The notes under the pieces were generated by a model. It saw nothing but the letters and a program-made list of their open reading frames with translations. It was not told where the DNA came from and searched no databases. From Lama glama (taxonomy: Eukaryota): a DNA stretch of 64,000 nt. The position numbers and the translations under genes were made by a program. The stretch lies in NCBI GenBank assembly GCA_028534125.1, contig CM052818.1, forward strand, positions 8,248,001 through 8,312,000. Direction: 5' to 3'. Positions 38,859 to 52,600 of the stretch are shown here, piece by piece; within the stretch, counting starts at the first letter, position 1, and each line of letters opens with the position of its first letter.

Positions 38859-40834
38859 CCCAGGGACACAAGGGTGGTTCAACATACGCAAATCAATGTA
38901 ATACATCCCATCAACAAGAGAAAAGACAAAAACCACATGATCATCTCAATAGATGCCGAAAAAGCTTTTGATAAAATTCAACACCCATTTATGATAAAAA
39001 CTCTCACCAAAGTGGGTATAGAGGGAACGTATCTCAACATAATAAAAGCTATATATGATAAATCTACAGCCAGCATAGTACTCAATGGTGAAAAACTCAA
39101 AAGCTTCCCACTAAAATCTGGGACAAGACAAGGTTGCCAATATCACCACTCCTATTCACATAGTCTTGGAAGTCCTAGCCACAGTAATCAGGCAAGAGAG
39201 AGAAATAAAAGGGATCCAAATTGGAAAAGAAGAGGTAAAAGTGTCACTATATGCAGATGACATGATACTATATTTAGAAAACCCTAAAAGGTTCACACAA
39301 AAAACTACTAGAAATAATCAAAGAATTCAGCAAGGTAGCAGATTATAAGATTAACGTTCAAAAATTAGTTGCATTTCTTTACACTAACGATGAATCAACA
39401 GAATAAGAAAGTAAAGAAACAATCCCCTTTAAAATAGCACCCAAAGAAATAAAATACCTAGGAATAAATCTAACCAAGGAGGTGAAAGACTTATACATGG
39501 AAAACTATAAAACACTGATTAAGGAAATTAAAGATTTTAAAAAAATGGAAAGATATTTCATGCTCTTGGATTGGAAGAATCAATATTGTTAAAATGGTCA
39601 TACTGCCGAAGGTAATCTACAGATTTAATGCAGTCCCTATCAAATTCTCCAGGACATACTTCACAGAACTAGAACAAATCATAATCAGATTTATACGGAA
39701 CCACAAAAGACCTAAAATTGCCAACACATTACTGAAGAAAAAGAAAGAGGCTGGAGGAATAATTCTCCCAGACTTCAGACAATACTATAGACCTACAGTA
39801 ATCAAAACAGCATGGTATTGGTACAAAAACAGACATATGGACCAATGGAACAGAATAGAGAGCCCAGAAATGGACCCACAAACTTTTGGTCAACTGATCT
39901 TCGACAAAGGAGGCAAGAGTATACAGTGGAATAAAGACAGTCTCTTCAGCAAATGGTGTTGGGAAAACTGGACAGCAGCATGTAAATCAGTGAAGCTAGA
40001 ACACTCCCTTACACCATACACAAAAATAAACTCAAAATGAATCAAAGACTTAAACATAAGACAAGATACAATAAACCTCCTAGAAGAAAATATAGGCAAA
40101 ACATTATCTGNNNNNNNNNNNNNNNNNNNNNNNNNNNNNNNNNNNNNNNNNNNNNNNNNNNNNNNNNNNNNNNNNNNNNNNNNNNNNNNNNNNNNNNNNN
40201 NNNNNNNNNNNNNNNNNNNNNNNNNNNNNNNNNNNNNNNNNNNNNNNNNNNNNNNNNNNNNNNNNNNNNNNNNNNNNNNNNNNNNNNNNNNNNNNNNNNN
40301 NNNNNNNNNNNNNNNNNNNNNNNNNNNNNNNNNNNNNNNNNNNNNNNNNNNNNNNNNNNNNNNNNNNNNNNNNNNNNNNNNNNNNNNNNNNNNNNNNNNN
40401 NNNNNNNNNNNNNNNNNNNNNNNNNNNNNNNNNNNNNNNNNNNNNNNNNNNNNNNNNNNNNNNNNNNNNNNNNNNNNNNNNNNNNNNNNNNNNNNNNNNN
40501 NNNNNNNNNNNNNNNNNNNNNNNNNNNNNNNNNNNNNNNNNNNNNNNNNNNNNNNNNNNNNNNNNNNNNNNNNNNNNNNNNNNNNNNNNNNNNNNNNNNN
40601 NNNNNNNNNNGGGGGTGGGAAGAGACAGATCAGGATTTCAAAATGTAGAACAGATAAACAAGATTACACTGTACAGCACAGGGAAATATATACAAGATCT
40701 TGTGGTAGCTCACAGTGAAAAAAAATGTGACAATGAATATATGTATGTTCATGTATAACTGAAAAATTGTGCTCTACACTGGAATTTGATACAACATTGT
40801 AAAATGACTATAACTCAATAAAAAAAGTTTAAAA
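38859..40834 (+). mobile_element. Young 5'-truncated L1 (ORF2 RT to 3' end; spans gap)
   Basis: ORF2 RT motifs ([26 protein letters not shown]); A-tail; 15-bp TSD aaaagtgatWgccct at 38844-38858 and 40835-40849. Confidence 0.93.
40111..40610. other. Assembly gap (500 N)
   Basis: N run. Confidence 1.
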
Positions 40835-41914
40835 AAAAGTGATAGCCCTATATTTAAGTAACATATTCATCCTTCCATGAAGAAGGCTTTATTAAAAGAA
40901 AGACATACTACTTAGAGAAAACGAATCCTGTCATATATAGGTGAATCAATTGACTCATAGATGCTATTATAAACTTTCAGAAAATAACAGTAAGCAGAAA
41001 TGAGTTATAAACTCATCATCAGTCATCACAGAAAGTTACATCACGGCAAGAATTACTCTGACTCAATGTAACAGACAAAAGAGTTGCCTAAAGGGCAGTC
41101 TAGCTCAGAGCATAGATTTAGTTAAATGCAATAATACAGGAAACAGCAGCAGAGATCTCTACATTCTTTGTAAATTAGCCTCTATTATCTATGTTCATTT
41201 GTAATCTGAAGTGATTTACATTATATTTCTTAACCTTATGAACTCACCTCAAGATTGTTTCAGCAGTCAATTTTTTTACCAAAAAAATAATAAATATGCT
41301 ATGATAACTAAACATTCCTAAGGTTAAGTGCTAACTACAGTTGCAATCTATGAATGGGAAGAGCTCTATAAATAGAATAATCTAGGTCCCAGTTTGCTTG
41401 GGACAGTCAGTGCACACCTGCTTTTCAGAGAGGATCATTAGTAGTGCCATCTTTCACTCTTAAAGTATAGATAATAAATTATATGGACTGCAGATCAAGG
41501 AAGACAAGCACACAGGGAACTTTTACGAATGACATTTATTTTTCACTTCATGTTCATTCCTAATTTGTAAAAATACCTATCATATTCTACAAACATCTAT
41601 TATAGTTGCTAATAACTCATAGAGTCCTGTCCATTCATTCAGGATATAGCTGATACAGCTAAGGACTGCCTCCTAGTGGTGGGGTGATTCTTGGATGTCC
41701 TTGACCCCACCTCTCAACATCTTGTCATGCTGTGTGATGTTCTCCCATATCTATCTATCATCCCAACTTCATCACAGCTTTGTCTCAATTCTTTCCATCC
41801 CAAACTTTTTCCTCTTGTGTTTCCTCATTCAAAGCAAGCTAATGAGAATTACATCACAAATACGAAAGACTACTCTCCATATGTGGAAGATTTCACTTTA
41901 TAGAAAAAACAGGC

Positions 41915-43460
41915 TTGGTTTAAGATCAGAAATAAGACAGGGCTGCCCACTTTTCCCACTTCTATTCAACACAGTACTAGAAGCTCTAACCAGAACAAGT
42001 AGGCAAGAAAAATAAAAGGCATCAATATTGAAAAGGGAGAAATAAAACTCTCTCTCTATTCATGGTTGATATGATCTTCTAGGTGGAAAACTCGAAGGAA
42101 CTTGCAGAAAAATTGTTAGAGCTAAGAAATAAACTCAACAAAGTTGTAAGATACAAAACTGCTGGGCAAAAATCAGTTGTATTTCTACACGCTACCACCA
42201 AACAATCTGAAAAAGAAATTAAGAAAGCAAGTTCATTCATAAAAGTATCAAAAGTAAAATATTCCTAACACCTATAAGAAAGGCTACTATTCAAACAAAC
42301 AAACAAACAAACAAGAAGCAAAAAAACAAAACCCAGAAAATAACAGATGCTGGTGAAGATGCAGAGAAACTGGAACTTTTGTGTACAGTTGGTAGGAATA
42401 TAAAATGGTGCAGCCCCTATGCAAACAAGTATACTGGTCCCTCAAAATTTTTTAAATAGAATTACCATATGATCCAGCAATTCCACTTCTGTGGAATACA
42501 CCTGAAAGAAGTAAAAGTAGGGTCTCAAATAGACATTTGTTGTTATAGACTAAACTGTGTACCCCCAAAACTCATACATTGTAGTCCTAACCCCTCATAC
42601 ACCTCAGAATTTGTATTTGGAGATAAGGCATTTGAAGAAGCAATTAAGGTTAAGTGAGGTCATATGGTAGGCCCTAATCCAACATGATTGGTGTCCTTTC
42701 AAAAAGAAGATACAGGGATGTGTACACACAGAGAAAAGGCCACACGAGGACAGAGTAAGAAGGTAGCCAACCGCAAGCCAAGGAGCATGGTCGCAGGAGA
42801 AATCAATCTTGATTGACAACTGATCTCAGACTTCTAGCCTCTAGAATTGTGAGAAAATAAATCACTGTTGTTTAAGCCACTCAGTCAGTGGTATTTTATC
42901 TCAGCCCTAGTAAATTAATACATGTGTACATCCATATTCAGAGGAGCATATCCACAACAGAGAAAAGGTGGAAGAAACTCAAGTGTTCACCAGTAGATGA
43001 ATGGATAAACAAAATGTGGTATATACATACAATGGAATATTCATCCTTAAAAAGGAAGTTCTGGTACATGCTACAATATGGATGAACCTTGAAGACACTA
43101 TGGTAAGTGAAATAAGCCAGTCACAAAAGGATATATATTGTGTTTTCACTTATGTGGGATACCTAGAATAAGCAAATTCATAAGAGACAGAAAATAGACC
43201 AGAGGTTACCAGGCTCTGGGGATAGGAGGTAATGGGAAGTTATTGCTTAATGGAACAGAGTTTCTTTTCTTTCTTTTTTTGGGGGGTGGGGGGACAGAGT
43301 TTCCATTTGGGGTCATGAAAAAATTTTAGAAATAACACAGTGGTGATGGCTTTATAACATTGTGACTGTAATTAATGCCACTGAATTCTACACTTAAAAA
43401 TAGTTTAACTGACAAATTTATGTCATATACATTTTGCCACAATAAAAAAAGAAAAAAAAA
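41915..43460 (+). mobile_element. L1 (L1MA/MB-like) ORF2 and 3' fragments, interrupted by MLT1
   Basis: RQGCPLFPLLFNTVLEAL motif; L1 3' UTR and A-tail near 43441-43460. Confidence 0.85.
42541..42922 (+). mobile_element. MLT1B-like MaLR solo LTR
   Basis: TG..CA ends (tgttatagactaaactgtgtaccccc..gccctagtaaattaataca); 5-bp TSD tttgt/tgtgt; about 380 bp. Confidence 0.85.
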
Positions 43461-43509
43461 GCTTGAATTAGGCTTAATTGGATAAATACAATAAAATCCA
43501 AATAATCTG

Positions 43510-45350
43510 AATTTATTCATCCACTCATTCACTGACATTTTATATAACACATATTATGTGCCAGAAACTTGGCTAGTATGCAGGGATAAAGTGATGAAAA
43601 GGCACCTATGATAATGTGTTAATAACATTAATCATAGCTAATATTTTTGAGTATTCTTACATTCACCGAAAAAACTAGGTAAATGCTATCATTATCCTCA
43701 TTTTACTGATGAATAAAGTGACACTTAGAAAGAATAAGTAACTTGCAAAATATTACACTGCATGACTCTGTACTCTCAACCATTATTCTACCAGTAGAAG
43801 TATTTACTACTATCAGAGGACATAAGCAAGGCAATTAACTTACTGACTTTGGGTTTAAGGTATGTCTGAGGTAAGGACTTGAAAGCTGAGTAGGAAATTG
43901 GTACAGGGAGGGTATAAGTTAAGAAAGAAAATGTTTCTAACAGTGGAAGCAATAAGTCTAGAAGGAAAGGCAGCATTTATTCAGAAAACTTCAGGCAGCT
44001 TAGCGAATGTGGAGCTTCAAGTGTTAAAAATGAATTATCAGAGATGAGACTGGAATAGTAAACAGAACAGAGAGGTTTTGTTTTGGTTTTATCTATCGGG
44101 AAATAAGCCACCACAAGTTTAGGGTTTAAAACAACCACCATTCTGATATCTCTCATTATTCTGTGGATTGACTGGGCTCAGTTAGGCAATTCTACAGTTT
44201 CATGTGATGTCACGTGAGGCTGAAATCACGCAAGAGTCTTCCAGGTATGGAACATAAGGTGGCTCTCTCACAGGACCAACATCTTAGCAGGGACATCTAG
44301 AAATCTGGGTTCACCTGGGATGCTGGGCTGTCCGGGCCTTTCTCTCTCTCCAAGTACTTTCAGGGACACTCTCTCCATATAGAAAAGAGGAAGTCACAAA
44401 GGAGACTAAGAAGAAGGGACATTAGAATAAAATCCAGAATGGTAGAGTACCACAAAAACCAAGGGGGAGAAATATTTCATAGAAGAGAAAATGACAAATG
44501 CTGTAAAGAGATTAGCTGTGATTAAGACTAAAAATTGTCCCCTCGGATCACAAACACATAAGTAACTAGTAACTCTGGCAAAAGCAGTCTCAAGAACAGA
44601 AGCTTTATTGCAATGAATTAAAAAGTGAATAGAAGGCAAGAATGTGCAAACAACAAATAGACAATTTTTTCAAGAAGCTCTACTGTTAAACAGAGGAAGA
44701 CCTAGTGGTAGGTACAGGAGGACAAGACATCAATAGAAGATTTTTTAAGATGGCAAGGGTTAGAACATGTTTAATTACTGTTGGGATGACACCAATAGAG
44801 AAGGAGAAAAAAAACTGAAGATGCCAAAAGAGAGGCCTCTGAAGAATCACAGGGGATAAGATACGGAGTACAGCAACAGAGATTATCCTCAGACAGAAGA
44901 TGAGGTGAGGACCACCGTGCCTAGCACCACTGGACAGGAGTAAAAGAAAGACTGTGAGTGCACTCAGATTGTAGGTATGGCGCATATATATAAAAAATAT
45001 GTATTTTATATAATATATTAAAATATGTTTAATTATATGTAAAAACATAATTAAAAGTCAAGGGCATTCTCTTTGATGCCTTCTACAGCATTTTCTTAGT
45101 GAAGCAGGAAGTAAGGTCATCTGCTAAGAACAAGGATAGGAGATTTGAGAAGAGTGAAAGAGGTTTTAAAAGGCCACTATCAAGACTAAGTTAAAGAGAT
45201 TATTAGGAAAACACCGAAATACTGCTAGAAAGCTTGAGAACCCAAGGCCAGGCTGGTAACCAAGACTGTGGTATTCTCAGTTGGAGCAACTGCGTGGTTT
45301 CCTCTTGTAACATTCAGTAATCAAGTACAGAAAGTTATATGGATTCGGTT
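43510..45350 (-). mobile_element. Degraded L2 with nested MIR and MLT-like fragments
   Basis: L2 3' tail ttcatccactcattcactgac..tgtgccaga followed by purine-rich L2-like sequence; boundaries approximate. Confidence 0.5.
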
Positions 45351-45557
45351 GTGAAGAGACATGGTGAATAACAAGAAAACAACAAATTTTAGCAAACTGT
45401 CTACTGATAAGTTTAGACCATTCCCTTTTATTCAATATACAAACTCACAACACCATTTATTTTGCAGTTTGCCAAAGATACATATTCCAGGACTTTAGGT
45501 GCTACTAAAAGATGCTGCACAGTGTGCAGAAGTCCCCATTTAAAATACTTTCTTTTT

Positions 45558-45686
45558 GGAGGGGAGGGAATAGCACAGTGGTAGAGTATGTGCTTAGCAT
45601 CCATGAGATCCTGGGTTCAATCCCCAGTACCTCCATTAGAATGAATGAATGAATGAATGATCTCCTCTAAAAAACCAAACAAAAAG
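45558..45686 (+). mobile_element. tRNA-derived SINE (Vic-1-like)
   Basis: tagcacagtggtagag..gtgcttagcat..ctgggttcaatccccagtacctcc with (GAAT)n tail; 14-bp TSD aatactttcttttt at 45544-45557 and 45687-45700. Confidence 0.9.
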
Positions 45687-45756
45687 AATACTTTCTTTTT
45701 AAACACCTCTGTAAGAGACAGATCAGGGAATCACACCAACCATCCCTGAGGGTCAA

Positions 45757-46071
45757 CAGCTCTATTCAGAGATGTATTAAAGAAAAATAATGAGAGTATA
45801 TCTATAATTTAAAATTGTTTAGTTTCAACACTATGAAAGTAAAAAAGAAACAGGTAAAATATTTTTAATAATTTATTTAACACAATATATACATATTTCT
45901 ACAAGCAACTATATAATATAAAAATCACTAATGAGATTTTTACATTTTTTATACTGAGTCTTTGAAATTCAGAGTGAATTCAAAGATACATTGCATCTCC
46001 ATTCAGACTAGTCATATTTCAAGAGCTCAAAAGCCACATGTGGCTAGCAGCTACCATACTGGTCAGTGTAG
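45757..46071 (+). mobile_element. MER33/MER3-type hAT transposon
   Basis: 3' end ttcaagagctcaaaagccacatgtggctagcagctaccatactggtcagtgtag. Confidence 0.65.
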
Positions 46072-47509
46072 TTCTAGATACTACAGTAACATAGTATCTA
46101 GAATTAAGATACCTTTGTTGAATTAACAGAGCCACTGAGGGTCTTCCTTAGATGCCGTCATCTAATTCCTGCAATCATTCATAATATATGCTTATACAGC
46201 ATATTTCACCTATGTACGTTCAGTTATTCCCAGACTCAAAGAGTCTAGGCATATGTATTGCAGTCAGATCACCCAAGATAGCGCTTTGGTTCCCAAGTTC
46301 ATGCTGGCCACTTGCCTGGAAACCATCAGTATCTGTACAGCTATTGGCTGATATTCACTATCTTGGCTAGCCAGGTGTGGCAGGTGGAAGGCAGCTGCAC
46401 AGACTGAAGATTCAGCTTTTTTTTTTTTCCCTAAGTTAGTTACCACTCACTTACCGACATCCCAGCTTCCAAAATTCTGTTGACATCTCCTCTTATGTTC
46501 TCTTTGTCCTTATGGAGTTCACGCCTTTTTTTTAATCCCTTGACTTTCACTTTAGTGTGTTTTCAAGAGAGTGTGAAAGTAAACACGTGTATTCAACTGA
46601 CCATGTTTACCTGTAGTTGCTTTTATGATTAGGGGCTGCTTTATTTCAAAATCCATAAATTTATCATCAAAAGATAACTTACCTGCAGGCATAGACGAAC
46701 TTTTTAAAGCTTCTTTAAAGATTTACTCCAACCAGAATTCCAGATATAAACAATATATAAATATTTTAATGAAAAATCAATTTGCTCTTATAATTTATCT
46801 GCTAAGAACATTTTATATTTAGAATACTCTTGTTCATACAATGAATCAGTTATGTTAATATGAAAAGAAAGATAATAATGTTATTGAATACTAACCCTGC
46901 TTCCTCCAGAGGAACTGTAAAAAAACTATCTAGTCCCAATTCAACTGTGCTGTGCCACTTCTCTTCGAAACTTAAGTAAATATTTGTACTCTATTCACCA
47001 GAGGTTCTATTTTTCTGTGGGAGTCTGCAGAACTGGTATATGCTAGAACTGTTAACCTGTCCTGTTCTGATTAAACCTAAGAGGTACCTGATCTTCCAGC
47101 ATCTTACAGAGTAAAAGTCAGCGAGCATTATCAAAACAGATAGGTTCAGTATTACAAAAACTTGTAGTAATAAACTATGCTCATTAATATGTTCTCTGAA
47201 AAAAGACACAAATTTCTTCTGCAATATTGGAAATTTCTTATTTTTTAAAAATTTTATTTAACTTTGTATTCTAAGTCTGTTTGAAATGTATGTCATCCTT
47301 TAAAAAAATGAAGAGAATTCAATTTTATTTGTTCCTCTAAGAGTATTTTTGTTCCTTCAGTTAGCATTGAGCCAGAGCAGCACGTTCTAATCTTTTCAGC
47401 TGGAACCCACTCACATAAAACAGCCCATTGTACTCTTTTCTCAACACTTTTCCCTGCCCACAACTTTTAAGTCAATGCATACATTTCTGTTTCTTTTTTA
47501 AGGTTACCA

Positions 47510-48500
47510 TTCTTTAATTCAAGTATTAATTCAGTACTATTTTGTACTAGGCTCTGCTAGAATTTAAGAATAAAAAGATTAATAAAATATTCTCTGTCTT
47601 CAAAAACCTCAGAGTCTAGCACAAAAGACAGATACATAAGGTAATAAATACAAAACAATATGGTAAGTGTTGCAATAAAGGTATAAACAAAGTGCTCTGG
47701 GAAGCCCAGAGGCAGGAAGGATGAATTCTTTCTGGGAACGGTGGTGGAAGGAATAGGATTTTCCCAGCGGGAAGAGGTGGAAGGAAGACTATTCCAAGCA
47801 GAGGGAACAACATGAAAAAAGGCACAATGAAAGTACATAGCTTCTTTGGAAAACAGTAAGTAGCCTGATGTGGCTAAAACATGAGATTCCTGCAGAGTAA
47901 TGGTAGAAGCCATGTGAGGGAACTTGAACTTTTTGTTATAATGAAGGCAATGAAAAGCCATAAAAGCAGGAAAGAGATGTGATTTATGTCTTAGAAAGAA
48001 AACCCTGTGGCAGTGTGAATTATTGACTAGAGAAGGGGGAGAGAAGGAAGGCAGGAAAACCAATTAGAAGGCTATTGTACCAGACTAGGTAGAACTCTGA
48101 GCAGTAACGGGGAACTGGAAAGAAAGGAATTAATGGATTTGACATGTATTTCAGAAGTAGAATCACTTCGACATGATGGCTATTTGCATGGAGAAGATAA
48201 AAAAAAAACAAAGATTCCATCATGTGTTTTGGTTTATATGGTGATTTAATCTAAACAGAAAACAATAACAATCTTTTTAAATGAGCTCTAAACTGATATA
48301 TTCACAGATATTTATTTCCAAGACATTCAAGTGGAGAGATCCAGGAGACAGTTGGAAATAAGGATCTCAGCTAATGAGTACAGTCAATACCAAAAATACA
48401 GATTTTTGGAATTAGCAACATAAAGATGACATTTGCAGTCATGTGAGCAGATGAAGTTTCAAGAAGGAAGAAGAGGAACCATTGCCAAATATTGAACACT
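47510..48500 (-). mobile_element. L2 remnant
   Basis: L2-like 3' end (ttcaagtattaattcagtactattttgtactagg) and purine-rich body (ggaaaaccaattagaaggctattg). Confidence 0.65.
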
Positions 48501-48519
48501 ACAAAAAAAGTCAGATGAT

Positions 48520-49680
48520 AAATATCTATGGCAAAACTTTTGAAAGAAATCTTTTCTAAGAGAATTTGGGGAAATAGTCTCATGATCATGAAGTAAGAAA
48601 GAATTGCCTAAACAAGACACACAAAAAGCACCAATCATAAAGGAAAAGATTAACACATTCAGCTACTTAAAATCACTTTAAGAAAGAAAGTACAATTCAC
48701 AAAATGGGAAAAATACACGCAACACATATGACTAACAAAGGACTAGTATGCAGAATATGTAAAGAGCTCTTGCAAATCAAAGAGAAAAGGTAAACAATCT
48801 GAAAGAAAAAGAGGGAAGTATAAGAACTCCACAAAAGAAGGTATTCAAATAAACAACAGACATAAGAAATGGAGCTCAATCTCATGAATAATCAAGAAAA
48901 TACAAATTATAACCATAATAAGATATTACTAGACATCCAACAATCTGACAATATTTTAAAACGCTAATAATACTAAGCTTTGGCAAAGATATGGAGCAAC
49001 TGGAATTCTCATAAAAACTATTTGGAAATATAAATTAACACAACCAATTTGGAAACCTATGCCAGTATCTAGTCAAGTTGAAAATATGCATCCCTTATGG
49101 CTCAGAAATCGCACTCCTAGGATATACTCTAGAGATTTGCATCTTTATATGCACCAGGATACACATAAAAGAATGTTCAGAGCAGCACCCTTATAATTTT
49201 CCCAAACTAGAAACATCCCAAATGCCTATCAACAGTGGAACAATAGATAGTAGTATATTCACACAATGGAATATTATACAGTATATAGCAATGAAAGTGA
49301 AGAAGCTATGGAAGCGCACGACAAGGATGAATCTTGTAATGTTAAGCAAAAAAACAAGTTACAAAAATAATACAGTTCTATTCGCATAAAATTCAAACAG
49401 GCAAAACAAATACATATTGTTTAGGAATGCATAAAATAGGTGGTTAAGTTAAAAGAGAAAAGCAAGAAAGCCACTACTATAAACGACAAGATAGTGATTA
49501 CCCCTGAAGAGAAAGAAGTGACTGTAACAAGCAGGGAATACTCAGGGATTTCTGTGATACCAAAAATGTTCTGCTCCTTGACTTCAGTGTGATTATATAA
49601 TGCTAAGCTGATAGACATCTGACAAAATGTATGTATAAATGCTACAGACTTTTAAATATATTTTATAACTTAAAATTTTA
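48520..49680 (+). mobile_element. Old L1ME 3' fragment
   Basis: Degraded ORF2 C-terminal and 3' UTR motifs (ggcaaagatatggagcaactggaattctcata; gaatgttcagagcagcac). Confidence 0.7.
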
Positions 49681-52600
49681 ATGAACTAAATTTTGAAATG
49701 GTTTTACATTTAACAAAAGATGTAATAGTGAGAAGTAATCAAAAAGGGCTTGATTCTAAGATTGAAAGATTAAGAAAACATGCTATCAAATCCATTCAAA
49801 ACTAACTGAATATCACAAAGGAAAAAGACAACTCTATATCTGAGATAAATTACATCTAAATCTGTTTCAAGTTTGATGACTGGATTTCATTCTTTCAATT
49901 CACTTAACAAACAGTTGAGACCTACACTTTGTGTCTGGCACTGTGCCAAGGACCTCAAGTACAGGAAAACTTAGTCCAGTATCTTAGTCCTCTCTCAGCC
50001 AAGGACCTCCACTGATTTCTAGCCCCTTTTGGAATAAAAGATTTAGTTATCGTGGAGTGGAATTCAACCTCAGGGCAGGGGAGGATCTCAATTCTAAAAT
50101 ATCAAATAAAAAGGCATGCAGGAATTTTCAGGTGCTCTTTTGAATATATGATAGTTTATGCCTCAACTGAGAAAATACAAGGAGAAAACAGACACTAAAG
50201 TGGTGTGATCTCTATTGCCCAACTTGTTAACTCCTTTTTTAATTCCTAGAGTTAGCTCTGAAAAGTAAAATTTACCCTAAAAAGTCAGAGATTTGCTCAG
50301 TGAGATTCTAAAATTAAGCTACAAACTTCTAAACTCGAAAAGAGAAGTTCTCAAGTTAGCAAAGTTAGAAAACAGATTCCAAATATCCATTTACAAATAA
50401 AGCCTCCAACACAGAGCCATTAATCTAATTTCAGTTCTATACATGATTTATACAACTTTCCCTGGATTAGAACTCCTATAACATAGCAAAGCAACATTCT
50501 CAGCAGCAAAAAGGTTCAGCTGAGAACCACCAAAAAAAAAACCCCAAAATAAAACAAAACAACAACAAAATCAGTCAGAAACATGAAACAATAAGTAAAG
50601 AATTTTAAAATTACTTAGAAATTAAAAATGAGTAAGGAATTAAAATTAATAAGAAATTAGAATGAGAGATAGAAAGACCTGGTATCAGATTAGTCTTCTC
50701 ATTTAATGATCTGTTAATATCTTTCTGTACACTCATTAAATGATATTGAAGTGATGTCCAGAAAGATAAAGGTACCAATGTCCTAGGAAATACTTTTCAG
50801 TTACCAAAACTCAAATTTTACAACTTGAACTTAGATAAAGCATGTTTTGATGATGTCAACCTGGTAATCTGATTCACAAATAGTACGGTGTATTTTTTTT
50901 AAATTAGCATTTGTTAACATACTGAAAGTTTTAGGTGGCTCTCACAGCCCAAAGAACCTGGAATCTGAAGACTGAGTTCTGCCAGGTTCTGCCACCTACC
51001 AACTATGTAACCTTAAGTAAATAACCAAACCACCCTGAGACTCACACTAACAAACCTCACAAGACTTGAGGGCCAATAAAGAAAATGATATAGTGAATAA
51101 TACTGTATGACCTCTAAATCATGGGAAGCTCAATTTCCTCAATACACTGCAAAACCTACTTTCTGAAAATTAATAAATACTTTAGTCACTTTTTATTATG
51201 GATAAGGAATTAAGCATACAAAAGCATAATGCAATGAAATTACATGTAGTTTCACTCAGCTTCAATAATTATAAACTCACGATAATCTTGTTTTCATCTA
51301 TACTCCACCCATTCCCTATTATTTTGAAGCAAGACCCAGAGATCATACCATTAATTTCCTAAGGGCTAAAATTCAATGGCCTCTTTTCAGTGTATGCACA
51401 GGTATATGAAGTCCAACAGAGAGGTGTGAGCAGAAATATGGATTTGAGGGTCCAGTAATGAGATCGAAGAGTTGAAGTTATAGCTTTGGATTAGGCCAAA
51501 AATCCATGCTTGGGAAACAAGAAGATCGATTCTTTTGGTGCTCCTTTAATCGAAAATAGATATAAAGTAAAAGTAGATATAAAGACAATTTTTCCATCAA
51601 AAAAGAAACCCTGTGGATTTTCAAAGGCCTATAGAACTTTTATATCCTATGATTTTAACTGTTTTTCTGCCTAAGAAGGTTCCCCTGTATATTAATAGTC
51701 ACTACTCTAAAGGATTTAACAAATCCTTGAGACATAAATAGACATAATTTATGTAACATCAAATTTAAACACTGATACCATAACCAACCTCAAATCTACT
51801 TTTCAAAGTATTTGTTGAGAATCTGTTGTTCCGTGAATATTTTCCTTTCTCCCTAAATTTTATATACCTGTTTTTTACCTTCTTTTGTATGTATAATTCA
51901 CAAAATTTTTAAAATAAACTTTAAAAAGAAAATATGATTCTCACATTTAAATAGCTATGACAGATGATGGTATATCTTATAAGCATTTAGAGCTTTGAAC
52001 AGACATAAGAATATCTGTGTGCTAAAAATATTTCATAAGCTCTTTAGACACCAAGTTGTTGAATAAAAGACCATTTATTCCTACATTTTAATTAACTTTA
52101 CCCCAAATGTCAAAATTAGTTATGATTTATTTATACTCCACTTCAATCTTCAAAAAAATGTGACTCATGTCCCTTAAATCATAATTTTAGAACCCACTTT
52201 AAAAGAACTTCTAATATTTTCTAAAATAGGTTTTATAAGCTGTTCATTAAAAATTAACCTTTGAAAAACAAAGTGTTTATGACATTTGGAATGGAACTTT
52301 GTGTCTTTGATTATACTAGCCACCAAGTAAATTATTCGAAGAGGGTAGGAGGGGTACAATTTTTAGAAACACAATAGATGGTCAATATATAAATTTTGAT
52401 AGATCATCACTGATTAAATTAAGCCTAAGTACTATTTGATTAGAAAGAAATCCGAAATATTCTTAAGCATATCCTTATCTTTGAAGTAATAGTCCTAGAA
52501 ACATGAATGTATAGTTTCATGATTAGAGGAAGGTGTATTCTAGTTGTGAGCACACCATACACTTCTTTGCTTTATTTTTTTCCTAAAAAAAAAAACTAGA

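Noticed and set aside
38874..40040. Reverse transcriptase ORFs as a possible active or novel RT system
   Set aside because: Frameshifted fragments of a 5'-truncated LINE-1 ORF2.
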